Positions 28,701-43,020 of a DNA stretch of 64,000 nucleotides are shown in pieces. A model generated the notes under the pieces. The model ran no database searches, was not told the origin of the DNA, and saw only the letters and a program-made list of their open reading frames with translations. Positions within the stretch are counted from its first letter, which is position 1, and every line of letters starts with the position of its first letter. The stretch is from the NCBI RefSeq assembly GCF_009914755.1, contig NC_060925.1; one strand, 5' to 3'. Position numbers and translations under genes: made by a program. This DNA is from the human T2T-CHM13v2.0 reference genome, Homo sapiens.

Positions 28701-29864
28701 GTAGTGGGTATACTGAGAGAAAATACGTGTTTTTTTTCCTAGCTGGAATTAAGTGGATGTGTCAAGAAAGATTCAGAGGACGTGATTCTTATGCTAAGTA
28801 TCTGGTGTATCTTGTGTCACGGTTTTGTTCTTGCCCGTTACTTACTGTGTTTAGAGAAGATGTTCAAAGAGTACCTAGAAAATTGTTTTAAATACAGTTA
28901 AAGCTGTTCGGTATTTTCACTTGCGTTTTTCTGTGTAATACATCAAATTGCCTGTTCTTCGTTCAAGTAGCTCCCCCATTAGAGCATGTTTTTTGGAACA
29001 GTTAGGAACCTATAGTTGTAAAGTGATTGAAAACCTTTGGTAGATAGGAGCTGAATTTGCTTTTCAGTTGTTTTTGTGACTGTTGTTAGGTAGGGATTTC
29101 AACTTATCTGTAAAACGAGATTAATGATAAACTCTACCATCTCTTGTGAGATGTGAATATTTTGAGGTCCCAAGGAAAAAGGCCTTGGAAGTTCATGACT
29201 CGTAAATTAGTATGTGTTTCACACATCATGCTTTGAAGGTTGTTCTTGATGTGTTAGGATAGGACCAGGAGACTGACTTTAGGATCACAGCTACCTCCCC
29301 GGAACCTCTCCTCATTTCTCCCAGCTAGAAAGGGTTCCTTTTACCCTACTTTCGTGCCTCTGTTGTACTCCTTACTGGAGTCTTGCCTTATAGTTGGTTG
29401 TATCCAATCTGCCTGCCCCACTATGTTATACATTCCTTGGGGCCAGGGACTGCCCTACCCATCTTTGCTTTGTCCTTGAGTTGGAGGCCACAGTTGAGAC
29501 CACAGCATATGCCAATTGAGTTGAACTAGTGGGCTGCCTGGTTAATGTTGAGATGAAAGGTGATGTTTTTTACTTGTGTTGATGTTGTTGTTATTTTACT
29601 TTCTGGGGTGTAAAAAGAACATCTTGCATAGGTAGAGGTGGAGCATGGGCTCTAAAGCCTCCAGGGAAGAAGCAGGGGCAGGAAAATGGGAGAACTGGAG
29701 TAGGAATCCGCAGACAGCCCAGGAGATAGAGAATGTGGAAACTCAGGTTGTATTAGGAACACGAGCCAGGAAGAAGTAAGAATAAGTTTTCAGGAGCTGA
29801 GAGTGAGAATGGAAATTCAGCTCAGACAGAAAATAGCTTCTTTTTGATTTGTCAAAAATGTTAT

Positions 29865-30490
29865 ATTTAGTGGAAAAAATACACCTTTAGGAGTCAGAAG
29901 ACTTGAGTTCAAACCACCAGTATGTTGCCTGGGCAAATCATTTAAAGTTGGGGCCTCCATGTCCTCATCTTTAAATCTTAAAGTAGAAAAATGAATGTGT
30001 CTCATCTCCTTCTGTATTAGTCCATTCTCACACTGCTGTAAAGAAATATCTGAGACTGGGGAATTTATAAAGAAAAGTGGTTTAATTGGCTCAGGGTTTC
30101 ATAGGCTGTACAGAAAACGTGGCTGAGGAGGCCTCAGGAAACTTAAAACCGTGGTGGAAGGTGAGGGGGCAAAGCAGGCAAATCTTCACATGGCCAGAGC
30201 AGGAGGACAAGAGAGAGAAGGGGGAGGTGCTACACACTTTGAAACAACCAGATTTTGTGAGAACTCAGTCATTATCATGAGAAGAGCAAGGGGGAAATCC
30301 ACCCACATGATCCAATCACTTCCCACCAGGCCCCTCCGTCTTCCAACATTGGGGTTTACAGTTCTGCATGAGATTTGGGCAGGGACACAAATCCAAACCA
30401 TATCACCTTCTTGATGTGTTTTTATAGGAATTACATGAGAATGCCTGGAGAGGTATTCTTGTATTAAGTGTAACGCACTACACAAATGCT
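29865..30490 (+). mobile_element. MIR split by an MST LTR
   Basis: ggagtcaagaagacttgagttcaaacc...ctgggcaaatcatttaa...cctcatctttaaa; resumes after 30410 with ggaattacatgaga. Confidence 0.6.
30013..30405 (-). mobile_element. MSTA-type MaLR solo LTR
   Basis: tgtattagtccattctcac...caaaccatatca; 5-bp TSD CCTTC at 30008-30012 and 30406-30410. Confidence 0.93.
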
Positions 30491-30509
30491 GGTGTGAAGG
30501 TGGGTGAGA

Positions 30510-30660
30510 GCTTCTGGTGGAAGAAATAGCACTGGATTTAGCAGGGGCTATGAGAGCATATGATCTTTTTTGTGTGTGTGACCTTGGATTAGCAAATTTA
30601 TCTGTCTAAACCTCAATTTCCGCATGTGTAAAATGGGGATAATCATGCCTACCTTAAATG
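30510..30660 (+). mobile_element. MIR
   Basis: tgtgtgaccttgg...cctcaatttccgcatgtgtaaaatggggataat. Confidence 0.75.
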
Positions 30661-33604
30661 AAATGGACCTGCCAGGCAAAGCACATATGAGTTGGGTCTG
30701 TCCTGGAAAACTTGTTTCAGTGATTGACATTAAACACCTGCTGCCCTTATTTAGATATATTCCTCTCAAGTCCCTAAGTTGTTCTCTCACTAAGCCTGAG
30801 AGTGAGAGGGCTAAGTAAGATAGAGACGTAGTGCATTTAGAGAACCATACTCAGTCTTCTGTTAAGACACTACCAGGTCTGACACTGGCTTACTGCCGCA
30901 GGCTGTTTATTACTCTTAAGCCCAAGACAACTTCTGCAGTCTGGATAAGTTGCCTCCCTAGTTCATCTTTTTATCCTTGAAAAAGGCCCAGGGCTCCCAG
31001 GCATTTTCTTTTCTTTGGTGTTTCCTGCCATTCCCCACCCCCAGGGTTCTTCTCTTTCTATGATTGGCTGCTACTCCCCTCATCTTTGCTGCCCAGATGG
31101 CAAGCACAAAGGAAAAAGGTCTTTTTTTCCTTTTAAGGCTTTTATTGCTAATTATAAGAGAAAAAGCAATAGGGCCACAGGACTGAAAATTTAATGAAGT
31201 TCATACTCTCTTTTTTTCTCTGTTAGCTTGTTCCTAACTATGAGTATGGATGAAAAATGCTCTCTGCTTTTATTTGTGAGGGTTGGGGCTGCTCATCTCT
31301 TTGAACTGTCATTAGCAAAAGGCTCTATAACTCCCTCTACCTTGGCATCTTTCATGCCTGTGTTACCCGCCCCTTGTAGCAAGTGTGGAGTTTTCATTTT
31401 TTAGAGATCTCCAGACTTGTTAATAACAAGTTCACTGGGCCTCAGCTCTGCCCAGGAGGGACTAATTGCAAAGTAAATCCCAGGCCATAATAAGGAATTG
31501 ATGAAAGAGCACCATCTTTAATCCTTTCTTTGGCTTCAGCCACTTGTTATTAAAAAGGTGTATTTGAATCAACTAAAGATGAACAGCTTTAGTTCATTTG
31601 TCTTTCTTGGCTTAAAAAAATGGTAGGAAGGAAAAGGATCTCAGGGTAAAACACTCAAGTTATTCAGTAATTTTATAAGTCTTTATTTTTCTTTGACCAT
31701 GAAATCAGCCCTAGGGTGCTTTTTAAAGTAGGGAAGTTTTGTTAAATCTCCAAGGATAGAAGGAAAACACTACAACATTATATATAAATGCAAAATTAAG
31801 ACTGTGAAGTAGATTTTATGATATTTTTTCAAAACCTAATCTAGATACCTATTTTAATATTGTGACATTTGCATCCCTTCTCAGTTTATTAACAATAGGA
31901 GAGATTTATTTAAGACATAGCAGAGACAATGATTCTCAAACGAATACTCCTAGATGTATTTTGTCTTGCACGATTACTGTTAAGATTTTTCAGTTTAGGA
32001 TTTGGAAGAAATAATACCTTTCAGAAAAACATATTTTTTAAATGCTGAAAAACTGGCAACCCAGATAGAACATGCCCCACATACATACATTTCACATTTA
32101 TGATAGAATAGTGAAGAGATATTACAACATTCATATAAAACCTACATTTAGGATGACTTAGAGTGCTAGTTAAAACTGCTTTTTAAGGAAAATTTTAATG
32201 GGAGTCAAGAGCCAGGAGCCTCAGGTGAATTCTCAGTGCTGGTACGTGACCAGCTGCGTGAACCTGAGCAAATCAGTATCTTCTCTTGTCACAAAAAAGG
32301 GATGCGGAGGTAAAGTAGAGTTGCTCCAACAGCATTAAGATGAAGATTCAGTGAAGTTTTGGACATTTATTGCTGTTTCAGCTGACTTGCATCTTTGCAC
32401 CCTTTCAGCTCTAGGAGCCAATGGGAGCTACAGGGGAAGGCAAGTGATCCTCTCTCCTGCCGTGGCAGCTGGGGCAGTATGTGTGTTACATACACTAGGC
32501 CATTAAGGACTGTTACCTGGGACTTTGAGCATTAGGCAGCAATAGAAATGGGACAGTCAATAATTTTAAGGTTATGGAGAAAAAAAGAGGGTCCAGTGAC
32601 GACGGAACAGCCAGGTATTCACAGTCGCCTTTCAGCAAGGTTGTTTAGGTGGCTTAATCTCCTGGGCAATGTTCTCAACTACCTAACCACTAAGTTTCTG
32701 CCTCTTGTTGTGTTTCTAGTGTCTTTCTAATAACTCTTTCTTTTTTCTGATTAAGTTCATTTCTGTCTTTTATTTTGTTGTTCTGGTGGTCATTATTCAG
32801 TTTTGCACAATTTTTAAATTGCCAAAACCAGAAATTGCCAGAGAGATTGGGTCACTGGGACAAAGATTCAGATACATGCAGACAATGCCAAGTGCTCCTG
32901 TAAATCTCTTGCAAGATTGTGGTATGATTTAAATAAGATGTTGCATATTGGAGTGCTGTGGGTCCTTGAAAGTTCAATGCATGTATAATTGTTATTCCTG
33001 GAGGTTGTAATGAGGGGAATATCTATGGGATTAATATGGCTGTGGGTACATTGGAATTTAGAGTGTCAAAGGCCACTGGATTTGGTAATGGTTCTGGTCC
33101 TTGTAGTGGAGAATCCATTTTCCTTTTGCTGATATCTATGTGGCAGGTAAAACGCCTTTTAGATCATAGATATTTTGGACTGTGCTTATTTTTAGTGTAC
33201 CTAAGATCTCTACAGGTATAGGACATTAAAGCAGATGGAGTACGGTATGTAGTAGGTTTGCAAATGAAGGAGACTAATCGTACTTCTGCTGTAGAGCAGG
33301 CACTGTACTTTAATCTGTTTTTTTCCTTATTTGATGTTACTTCCTCTTATTTTATAGATGAGGAAATCCTCACGAGAGGAAGTCTTAGTACCTTGTCAAG
33401 TATCAATTAACTGTTATAAGGGTGATTGAACATTCACATCCAGGGCTTTTATATTTCAAATCCCTGGTTCTTTCCATTATAGCATGCTAGGATCATGAGA
33501 AAATAAAGAAGTGGAAGAAAGACCAGAGAAAGGAGTAGGAATTGCCTAGGAAAATAAACAACCATCAGGTTCCAGAGAGAGGTTATTAGAAATCTAGAGT
33601 TCAG

Positions 33605-33830
33605 ACAAAGAATCATAAAATTGCAAGATTAGAATGGACCTTAGAGAAGTAGAGCTCACCACCCTCTCCAGCTCATCTCTCTCTCCAACATCTCCAAGTG
33701 GTCACCCAGCCGCTTCCCGCTACAATGATGGGGAGTGTCTTACTGCAGAAGACAATCTGTTCCATCTGTATTTAGCTCTGGCCACGAGGAAATTATTCCC
33801 TATGAACCCCAGGATTTCCTTTGGCTCCAA
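33605..33830 (-). mobile_element. L3/CR1 3' fragment
   Basis: agaatcata...gaatggaccttagag...tgatggggagtgtcttact...ctgttccat. Confidence 0.55.
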
Positions 33831-33905
33831 GTTTACAAAGCAATAATTAGCACTTTGAGTTGGGAAAGCTAGGCAGCAAAGTGGTTATGAACCCCAGCTC
33901 TAGAA

Positions 33906-33947
33906 TACAATTGCCTTCCTTTGAACTACAATTGCCTTCCTTTGAAC
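33906..33947. repeat. Perfect 21-bp tandem duplication
   Basis: tacaattgccttcctttgaac x2. Confidence 0.95.
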
Positions 33948-34215
33948 TTGAAATGGGCTTTCTCAGCTTATCAGCTGTGTCCTTTTCTCATCTGAACATG
34001 GTGGCCATCTCACAGTGTTGATTTGAGAGTCAGATGAGATAAAGCATTTGGCATAGTCACTGGCATGTATAGTAAGACTTTTTAATAAGGTTTTATATAT
34101 AAAGTTACTGATTGTTATTATTTTCCATAACTCTATGAGGTAGAAATTATTATTCACACTTTCTAGATCTTAGAAACTGAGGCACCTGCCTGATGGTCAC
34201 AGAAAAAGCAAGCAG

Positions 34216-34637
<422 letters not shown>

Positions 34638-35253
34638 CTAAGACAAAATAACAGTCTGCAGGTGTGGCTAGGGACAGACACACACACCCCTGCCAATTTC
34701 GGGCTAAATTCAACATTTCCACTCTTCAAGTTGCTGTACCTTCCTCTTTTCTTTCTCCTAAAGAGGAATTTTCATTTGAAACTGTTATTTCAGTCATTTG
34801 TATTCTCTGCTCATCAGCACATGGATTAGTTGTAACTTCATGTAGTTGTTTTGAATAGCTGATACAAAAAATCTTTTGGCGGGGTAGAACTTGGTTTTTC
34901 AGTATATGCATGTAAGTTTGATATGTGGTTAAGTTTTTTCTGCCACCATTTAAGTGACTTCTGGACTCTTTCATTATCAGGTAAGATATACTTTATATTA
35001 GTGGATGTTAATCTCTGACCTCTGGATATTTTCACACAAGTTCATGCCAAACAGAGGCACAAATTTCCATCCTTGTTCTGTTTTTCCATTCTCCATTTCT
35101 ATTGTCACATTCTGACAGCCTGCCACCAGAGTCCAAATCTTTATTCTGTTGCAAGCTGGGTTACCTTGAGTAAACCACATTAATTTCTAGCCCAAGATTA
35201 TCCATCTGCAAATTTACAGCAATATTTCTGTGTTCATCTGGGTCATTCTAAGT

Positions 35254-35448
35254 CAGGTTTTCCCAACCTTAACACAAATGACATGTGACGATGGCAGGGG
35301 AGGGGGCTGTCCTGTGCATTTTAGGATGTTTAACAACCTCTCTGGCCTCTACCCATTAGACACCAGCAGTAACTTCCTCCAAGCTGTGACAATCAAAAAT
35401 GTCAAGTGTCCCCTGGGGGGCTAAATCTTCCCCAATTGAGAAATACTG
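35254..35448 (+). mobile_element. MER20 hAT-Charlie element
   Basis: gggctgtcctgtgcattttaggatgtttaacaacctctctggcctctacccattaga; 8-bp TSD ttctaagt / ttctaagg; orientation uncertain. Confidence 0.85.
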
Positions 35449-35764
35449 TTCTAAGGTGAAACACTGTTTTATGTTGAAAGGCTGCTGTAAGCCATAGAGC
35501 TATAAGATAACTACTAGATATTTTATTAAATATCTGCTTTATGTAAAGCACTGTGCGAATGCCATGGAGAAAAGGAGGAAGTAATCATGTATAAGGGCAT
35601 CCTTGCTTCCCAGCAGCTATGGTGGGTGGAAGTGATACAGGTAGAATTTGATAAATCTGTAAGATTCAGGAGATATTTCAAACACAAGGCATTTGACATT
35701 TGAGTTGCATCTTGCCAGGAATGGTAGCCATGAAAAGGACTCAAAGGAAAGAGTGCTTACTTTC

Positions 35765-36080
35765 TAGTTTTTTAATGGGCTGGCAGTCAGAAAATGGAAA
35801 TGAGTAAAGTAGGCCTTGAATGCCTGTGACACAGCTGGAGATGGTAGGAGCCACCTAAAAGAAACAGTTGCTGTTCAATGGAAGCCACTTGTTGGCAGCA
35901 GGAATGTTAGTCTGGGGATGCCAGATCTGCTAGTTTTTCTAAAGATGTTGGAAATCCAGATTTTTATAAGATGTAAAATTTCCTGAATTTTAAACATTAG
36001 CTCAATTTAAAACAACAACATGTGTGAGTCAAACAAAACACCTATGCAGGTTAAATTAGGTTGCCAGTTTGCGGTTTCTG
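35765..36080 (-). mobile_element. MER102-like element
   Basis: tgccagatct, ggaaatccagattttta, caaacaaaacacctatg, gccagtttgcggtttctg. Confidence 0.65.
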
Positions 36081-36749
36081 TTCCAGATAATCTTTTTAGG
36101 AGGGACACTTCTCTCATCCTGTCTCTTAAAAAACAATTGGAGGAAAAGTTAAATTGGTATGTTCCTTCATACTTTATACAATTCATTTCCATCCGTGTTT
36201 TACTTTCTCTGTTTGAACCTTAGCTATCAAGATAAAGTTTAGATCTGAAGTGTTGCTCTAAGTAAAATAACGTTTTGGAAACTGTGAACATCCCCCAGTT
36301 AAGAATTCTCCAGGGTCTTCAGCTAAAAGTGAAACCTGGAATGATTGCCAGTGAATGCTTTTTGTGGCCTTGGAAATTCAGAGTGATTTATCACTTGTTG
36401 GTAATAACTGGAGGCCTCTATATACAAGAAGGGAGTTAAAGAGGCCAAAAATAACAAGTCTAACCATATGGCTCTTTTCAAGAGGTGTCCATATGGCTAT
36501 CTAGTTAAAAAGGACTCTTGCCAGCTTGACTGTGAGTTTTCTTTTTTGTAGCTCGATATAAAAGTCTTCTAGCTTTAACATTGTAACAAAGGAATTCCTA
36601 GGTTTCACTTCTAGGTTTTGAAAAACTGAACTGGGCAGTGGGGGAGGAATGCAGTTGTAGGCAGCTGAGCTAGATGCATAGTTGACCATAGGATCATTGG
36701 TATTTACCACAGCAGCAAAGCTATGTGATAACTCCTATTTATATTCTTT

Positions 36750-36965
36750 TTAGTCTCCAGCAGTAGTTTAGCTTTTTATGATGGTGTCAAAGTTCCAAGT
36801 CTGACAGTCTAACTCAGTGTGCCTTCTTGTTCTCAAGAATGGAACATGCAGTACTTTGTCAAATGCCTTGGTGAAAATAAGATATGTATTAATTCTTATA
36901 ATTTCTACCTGTATATTAAATTAAGTGGCATAATTTGGCCTGATTTGTTCTTACAGAATCCAAAT
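36750..36965 (-). mobile_element. L3/CR1 fragment
   Basis: actttgtcaaatgccttggtgaaa, tgatttgttcttacagaatcca. Confidence 0.55.
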
Positions 36966-39014
36966 TTGTTTTTAGTAATTACAATTAAATAACCTATTCT
37001 ATAATATGCTGAGAAAGAAGCAAAGTTGACTGGTTCCTAGGTTCCGGAGCTCATATTTGCCCCCTTGGTCATAATGGAGACATCTTGACTATGTGTAATC
37101 TCTAAATCTCTTCATTGGTATGCTGCCATCCATGTGATTTTGGTCATACTGCATACAGTATTGGATTATTTAGGAGGAAAATACAGAGAAATAAATGTAT
37201 ATGCTTATGGCATAGAAAAGTGAAAATTTTGGATCTAGATTAATCCAAATGGTATTAATTCTTAGATTTTCCTTCCAGCAAATCCCGAATCCCCATTAAT
37301 ACTAACTATTTAACAATTTCTACTAATTTTAATTGAACCAGATACTTACAAAAAATAATTGCTTTGGAGTGTCCTTTGGAAAACACAATTGGGGAGCTAT
37401 GGAAGTTATGTTCAGGTTATGACAAAAACAGACAAGAAATAATACAAACCCTACTACTTTGTGCAAGAGGCTGAATTTAAATTACCCTAAGAGCCTCCTC
37501 AACTCAGATGTTTCCAGTATGATTGGTGTGACATTTGTTCAGGTTCTTTAGAATATAAGCATATGCAATTAATAATGAAAATGAATTCCTATCCTTGCAA
37601 ATTCAAAGTATCTCAAAGCATTTTTTCCCTTCTTAAATCATTTTGACTATTAGTATTTGTGTTGATATGGCTTCCTCACATGAGAAATGCTATTATGCAA
37701 CAGCTGTAGTTGTGCTGCCTGAATGCATGCCAGTTCTGTTCAGATTGAGCCACAGGGACTGCTTGTTAGCTCCCTAGCTGCCTGGGAGAGAGGGTAATGT
37801 AAAATTAATGTATGAAGAAAGGCCTGTTATCTGACACTATTTGGGGATGCAGGTGGTCTGAAGTGGTGTGCAGAAATTAAACTAACATGCTAATCTTTCT
37901 ATGATTATAGAAAGGTGGCTGGGATTCATGGTTTCAACTCTTGGTATTAATTTTAAAAATTGGGAAGGGCATTGACTTGACTCCTTCTTTTGCCTAGCTC
38001 TACTTCCTAAACTTGAAGCATGTATAAAACTTGAGATTATCAGATACTTTCATTTTTTGGAATTCAGGGCATGTTTCATAGTTTGGAAAGGAAGTGGTAG
38101 AAGAGATTGTTAATAGGATTTTCATATATAGGTTGCAAATATCTGAAAAAAATATTTGTATATTCAAGTAGTCTTTTTCTTGATAAGTAGCACATAAACT
38201 AGACCAACATGCAACATTTTCAAATTAGTTTTAAGTTAAGGACAAAGTAACATGGGTTCTTCTTCAGCAATGCAGTCCTAATTCTAAATATACCTGTCCG
38301 TTTAACATTTTCTTTTTTCTCCTGGTGATTCTGCAATCAATTATCGCTATCTCTCCATTCTCATTTTAGCCAAAGCAAGCAATTTCAGCATTTAATGTTA
38401 GCATTGCATCCTATGATGTTCAGTACATAACTTGCAGTAGCATTTCTCATGTGGTTCTAGAACAGCTGTTTTGCTGATCTGCCTCATCTCTAGACTTGGA
38501 ACCTGTCGTACTGCCTAACAGACCAGCTTACGGTGTTCATAAACAAAACACCCGGCATAATGCCTGGCACACGCTAGGTACTTAGTAAATGTTTACTCAT
38601 TTATGAGATTCTGTCAGTGAGGCTGTCACGTTGGAAAAAAGGAATGACCAAATGATGAGCCAGACTCGATTATGCATTTTCATGAATATTATCTCATTTA
38701 ATCCTTAAAACAGTCTTGCACGATAGGCATCATTATCTCTTGGTTTAGCTTATTACTCACACATTGACCTCAGAGCTGGTTAGGGGGAAGAGTCTGAATC
38801 TGAACCCAGGTTTTTATCTTCTTATTATTGTTCTTTCTACTATACCATAAAGCATATTCTATAATATAGAAACATTTCTAGGGAAATTTTTTTCTGGAGA
38901 CTTGTCTCTGAATTTGCTGGAGCAATTCTTTCTTGTATTTTAAACTGTTCCTCCTAGTAAACAAAATTGCAAAACTTGTCTAGCAGAGCTGGAGTGGGAA
39001 ATTCAGCATTGCAA

Positions 39015-39230
39015 TTAACTGGAGTCAGACAGACTTGGGTTTTCATTCTGACTTCTCCACTTACTAGCAATGTGATCTTGTGCAAGTCATTTAAGCCTCA
39101 GTTTTGTCATGTAAATTGGGGATGCTGTTAGTACCTATTTCATGGGCTTGTGATGACATGAAGCGGGGAAAGCACTTGTTATATGTGTGAGACATAGTAG
39201 GTACTGAATGCTAGCTGCTGTTATTGTTAG
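39015..39230 (+). mobile_element. MIR
   Basis: ctggagtcagacagacttgggtt...ccacttactagcaatgtgatcttgtgcaagtcatttaa. Confidence 0.85.
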
Positions 39231-39244
39231 TGAATAAGTGACAT

Positions 39245-39830
39245 CTCGTTTATTCAACAAATATTATTCATTACATTTGATCCTAGCCAAAAGGCCAAGA
39301 AGTGATCTGCAAATATTTTTTCAGTGTATACTATGTGCTTTTAGTTCTACTAATTCATCAGTGATCAAAACAGACAAAAATCCATTTCTGCATGGAGGTT
39401 ACATTCCAATTGCATTCCATTGGGGAGAGCTAGACAATAGTCATCATGAATACTGGGAAATAAATGATATCATATGTTGGAGAATGGCTAGTACTATTCA
39501 ATAAAAAAGAAATAAAGGAGAATTAAGTGAGTGTGGGACAGGGGAGAGTTGGCAGGGAGCTGTGGGGTTGCAATGAAATAAAGTAGTCACTGGAGGCCTC
39601 ATTGAGAAAATGATAATTGAGCAAGAACTCAAGGGGAGACAAAGGAGTATGCCATGTGGATTCTCTGGGCAGAGCTTGGCCCAGTGGGATGAAGAGCAAG
39701 GAGGCTGATGGGGCAGGAAGACAGTAAGAGCATCACTAGGGCTTTAAAGGCCATTGTAAGGGTAAGGGGAACCTGTGGGGAATCTTGAGCTGAGGAATGA
39801 CGTGATTGACTTTAGATTAAAATTGTGATC
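39245..39830 (-). mobile_element. L2 fragment
   Basis: ttattcaacaaatatt, aaaacagacaaaaatcc, ggaggcctcattgagaa, aggccattgtaagg. Confidence 0.75.
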
Positions 39831-40387
39831 ATTATCACCATGAGCTTCTCCTCAGGAGGAGGGACCTGGACAGTGTAGCACCTTTACCCGATTACTCTTC
39901 TTTCTCCTATTAGCTTAACCTTTTACACTTGAAAAGTATATTCCACCACCCCAGGGTAGCTGCCCTGCCTACTCTATGTCATTGATTGAACTTGGCAGTC
40001 CTGTGGCTGTAATGGTTGTATTCCTTGGGAAACAAAGGAAATGATTAGATCTTAAGAGGGAAAGAAAGTAGAATCCTGTGGTAGCACAGCTTGTGATCCT
40101 CTTTGAACATGACTTGATCTCTTCCAGGCTTCCCTTACTGAACCAGGAAACCTTTGTAGAGGATCCTGGGAGGTGTTGGTTTGGTTTAGTGTTTTCTAAA
40201 TGTTTGTATCTCCTTACAGTGAGAGGGATCCATTATGGAGCAGGGGGAAGAGCTTAAGTGTAGTAATTTGTCAGCTCATGACCTGTGCTTAACTTCTTTC
40301 CTCTAAGATAATAGCAGCGGACATACTCTCAGCACACATGGGGATGGAAAACATTTCTGTGCTACTTCTCCAGTGAAAATCAATGAC

Positions 40388-40508
40388 TTTTTTTTTTTCA
40401 CTTTAAGTTCCGGGATACATGTGCAGAATGTACAGGTTCATTACATAGGTATACATGTGCCATGGTGGTTTGCTGCACCTATCAACCCATCATCTAGATT
40501 TTAAGCCC
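40388..40508 (-). mobile_element. L1PA 3' terminal fragment (about 120 bp)
   Basis: Poly-T then actttaagttccgggatacatgtgcaga...gtgccatggtggtttgctgcacctatcaaccc. Confidence 0.9.
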
Positions 40509-41791
40509 TGGCTTTCAACATTCAAGATGGTCTTCCATTATCTCATTTATGTCCTATTATTCTCAATCAAGTTAATTGGAAATCTGTTTTTTTAGTGCAT
40601 GTACAGGAATATGGCAATATCAGGGAATGGTAGAGAAAATGGAAGCAGGTCTAAGATGCAAAATTTAACACAGAATCACATGGATTGGTGGAGTCAGAGG
40701 ATCAAGGTCCATGCCCAGCTCTGTCAAAGTAGTTGTGTGATTGTGCCATGTCTAAGCTGGAGTTTCTTTGTGCCTCATGGGATAGGAAGAAAGTAAGGTA
40801 TATAGATGGCTAGTTTTGTGACTCCAAATGATGGGAATCACTTTTCTGGTGAAGTTATTGCTTGAGAAGGGAAAGAGGATGGGACAGTCCTTGTTTAGCC
40901 TTTTCTGGATAACATCAGCATGCCTAGTGTGGGTATTTTCCTGCTGCCTTATTCCCTGGGAGTTGGAGCCTTTGTCTTTCTGTCAGGCTATTTACAACCT
41001 ATTGTGTTCTAGAACCCCATAGATAAGGGCTTAGTGACTCCTTAGCTTGTGCCTTCCAACCTTAGTGGTTCTATCAATATCTTTGTGTCCCTCACAATAC
41101 CTTGAATTTCCCTTCCTCATTATGTTAATTATTTGAGGTAATTTTAGAGATAGGTACCATTTAACTGAGTGAAAGCTTTACAATTGAGGGGTTACTCATT
41201 AGCAGGACCTGGGTTTTGTTTTTAATCTCATTAACCCCTTGTTACCCATTTGATAACAAAGACTTCAAGGAAGAATTTGCTCAAAAATCTCTGGGAGACA
41301 GTAATAGCTTCTTGGGCCTGACTGATAAACTTTTTGCCTCCAGCAATGGAAATGTGGGAAAATTCCAGATGCTAAATGATCTGGCTTGGACCCAGCAGGT
41401 TGAGGTAGTGGAGCCTTTCGATTGAGGCACAGCCCAGGACTGCTGCAAGGGAGAGGCACAACAGATACCATAAGGAGGTCTGATTTCTGAAAGGAGTACC
41501 ATAGAAAAATTATTGATCTGTCCCAGGCCTCAGTTTCCTTGTCTCTAAAGTGAAAAGATTGACTGACTTAGTAATAGGGAACTGATTTTATTCTAATAAT
41601 GTAAAAAATACCTACCAAACTATCTGGTAAGTCTGAATTAACTTTTTTCCTTCCAGCAAAAAAAATAAAAAGAAAAGCATTACCAGTGACTGCCCATTAA
41701 CTATCAATCAGATCCTCTGAGCAGTTCCAGTTCACCAGAGTTAACCAGAGTTACTAAGCTGGTGTAATTCCTGGCTCAAGCCAAAAAACTT

Positions 41792-41849
41792 GATGTTTTA
41801 GTTAGTCTTATGACGAGCACGATGTTTTAGTTAGTCTTATGACGAGCAC
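41792..41849. repeat. Perfect 29-bp tandem duplication
   Basis: gatgttttagttagtcttatgacgagcac x2. Confidence 0.97.
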
Positions 41850-42889
41850 ATTTTGAGTTTTTTTCTTTTAAAAAATAAAATATTGCAAACAGCTCTCGGT
41901 CATTACCACCTGTTGTAAGCTGATCTAAGCCAGTTCGGTTATACACAACTCCTAGGTGCTTTTTTCTGGTGAATTTTGATAGCTGCCAGATTATTTGAGG
42001 TGAGAGGTTTTGCTACTATCCCACAACCTTGCCACCTACTTATAGCTAGTGCAAGTCTGAGACATTCTGCTGCACATACAGACGTTGATTAACAGCCGTA
42101 TATCAGCCAGTAGGCACAAAATATTTCTGCAACATTACTCTCTATGCTTGATAAAGTCCCAGCTGTCTTCTTTTAGTTGTTCTGCTCACCACTTTGCATG
42201 AAAGCTGTACTTGTAGACATTACAACATTCCAGAGGAGAGTTCTGTTATCTTTAATAGTCAGCATCAAGCAACTGGAAGTCCTCCAACTGTGCCGGACTC
42301 ATGTCCACTTAGGGGACAAGCCTATCAAGGCTACACTCTTATTCATACAAGGGTAGAGGTATTTCTAGAATATTTTGGCCAATTCTCATAATTTGAATAT
42401 ATGTTTAAGTTTACCAGGGATGGCCCATTTCTCACATTTATATTGCTAGCAAAGAAGCCATTCGTCTCACACACCCACACAAATCCACCTCTGACATTCA
42501 CTTTGCTAATTGGCAAAGGGCCTGGTGTTAATGAACATGGATGGTGGAAATATTTGCAGTGTGTCTTTCTGGAGTATGGGCTTCATGCTTAGAACACGAC
42601 CTGCCTACCCCTAGAGTGCATTCCTGAATATAATGCCAACCACATTTGAGTTGTAGTTTAAACTAATTAACTCACATGCAATATCTCATTACCTATACTG
42701 AATTATTGTTAAGTTAATTAGGCATCCTAACATTGCCTTTGGAACCCCACTGTGGAAACCACTGTTACTAATGTCACGCTGTAGGAGTAGACTTTGAAAT
42801 GATTTGTAAGGATTCTTTTGCTTAAAAAGCACTGATTAACTTCCACATACTCGGAACCATGTCTTGTCACTGGGTGGGAAAACATATTA

Positions 42890-43020
42890 GTTACCATTTA
42901 CTGAGCACGTAGCATGTGTGCAGTCCTTTCTGTACATTGTCTCTACTCCCCCTCTAATCAACTGTGTGAAATAGAGACTTGGCTCCATTTCATAGATGAG
43001 AAAACTGAGACATGCAGTGG
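42890..43020 (-). mobile_element. MIR
   Basis: accatttactgagcac...ccatttcatagatgagaaaactgag. Confidence 0.75.

Noticed and set aside
41792-41849. 29-bp direct repeat as a CRISPR array
   Set aside because: Two adjacent copies, no spacers, no cas genes, human DNA.
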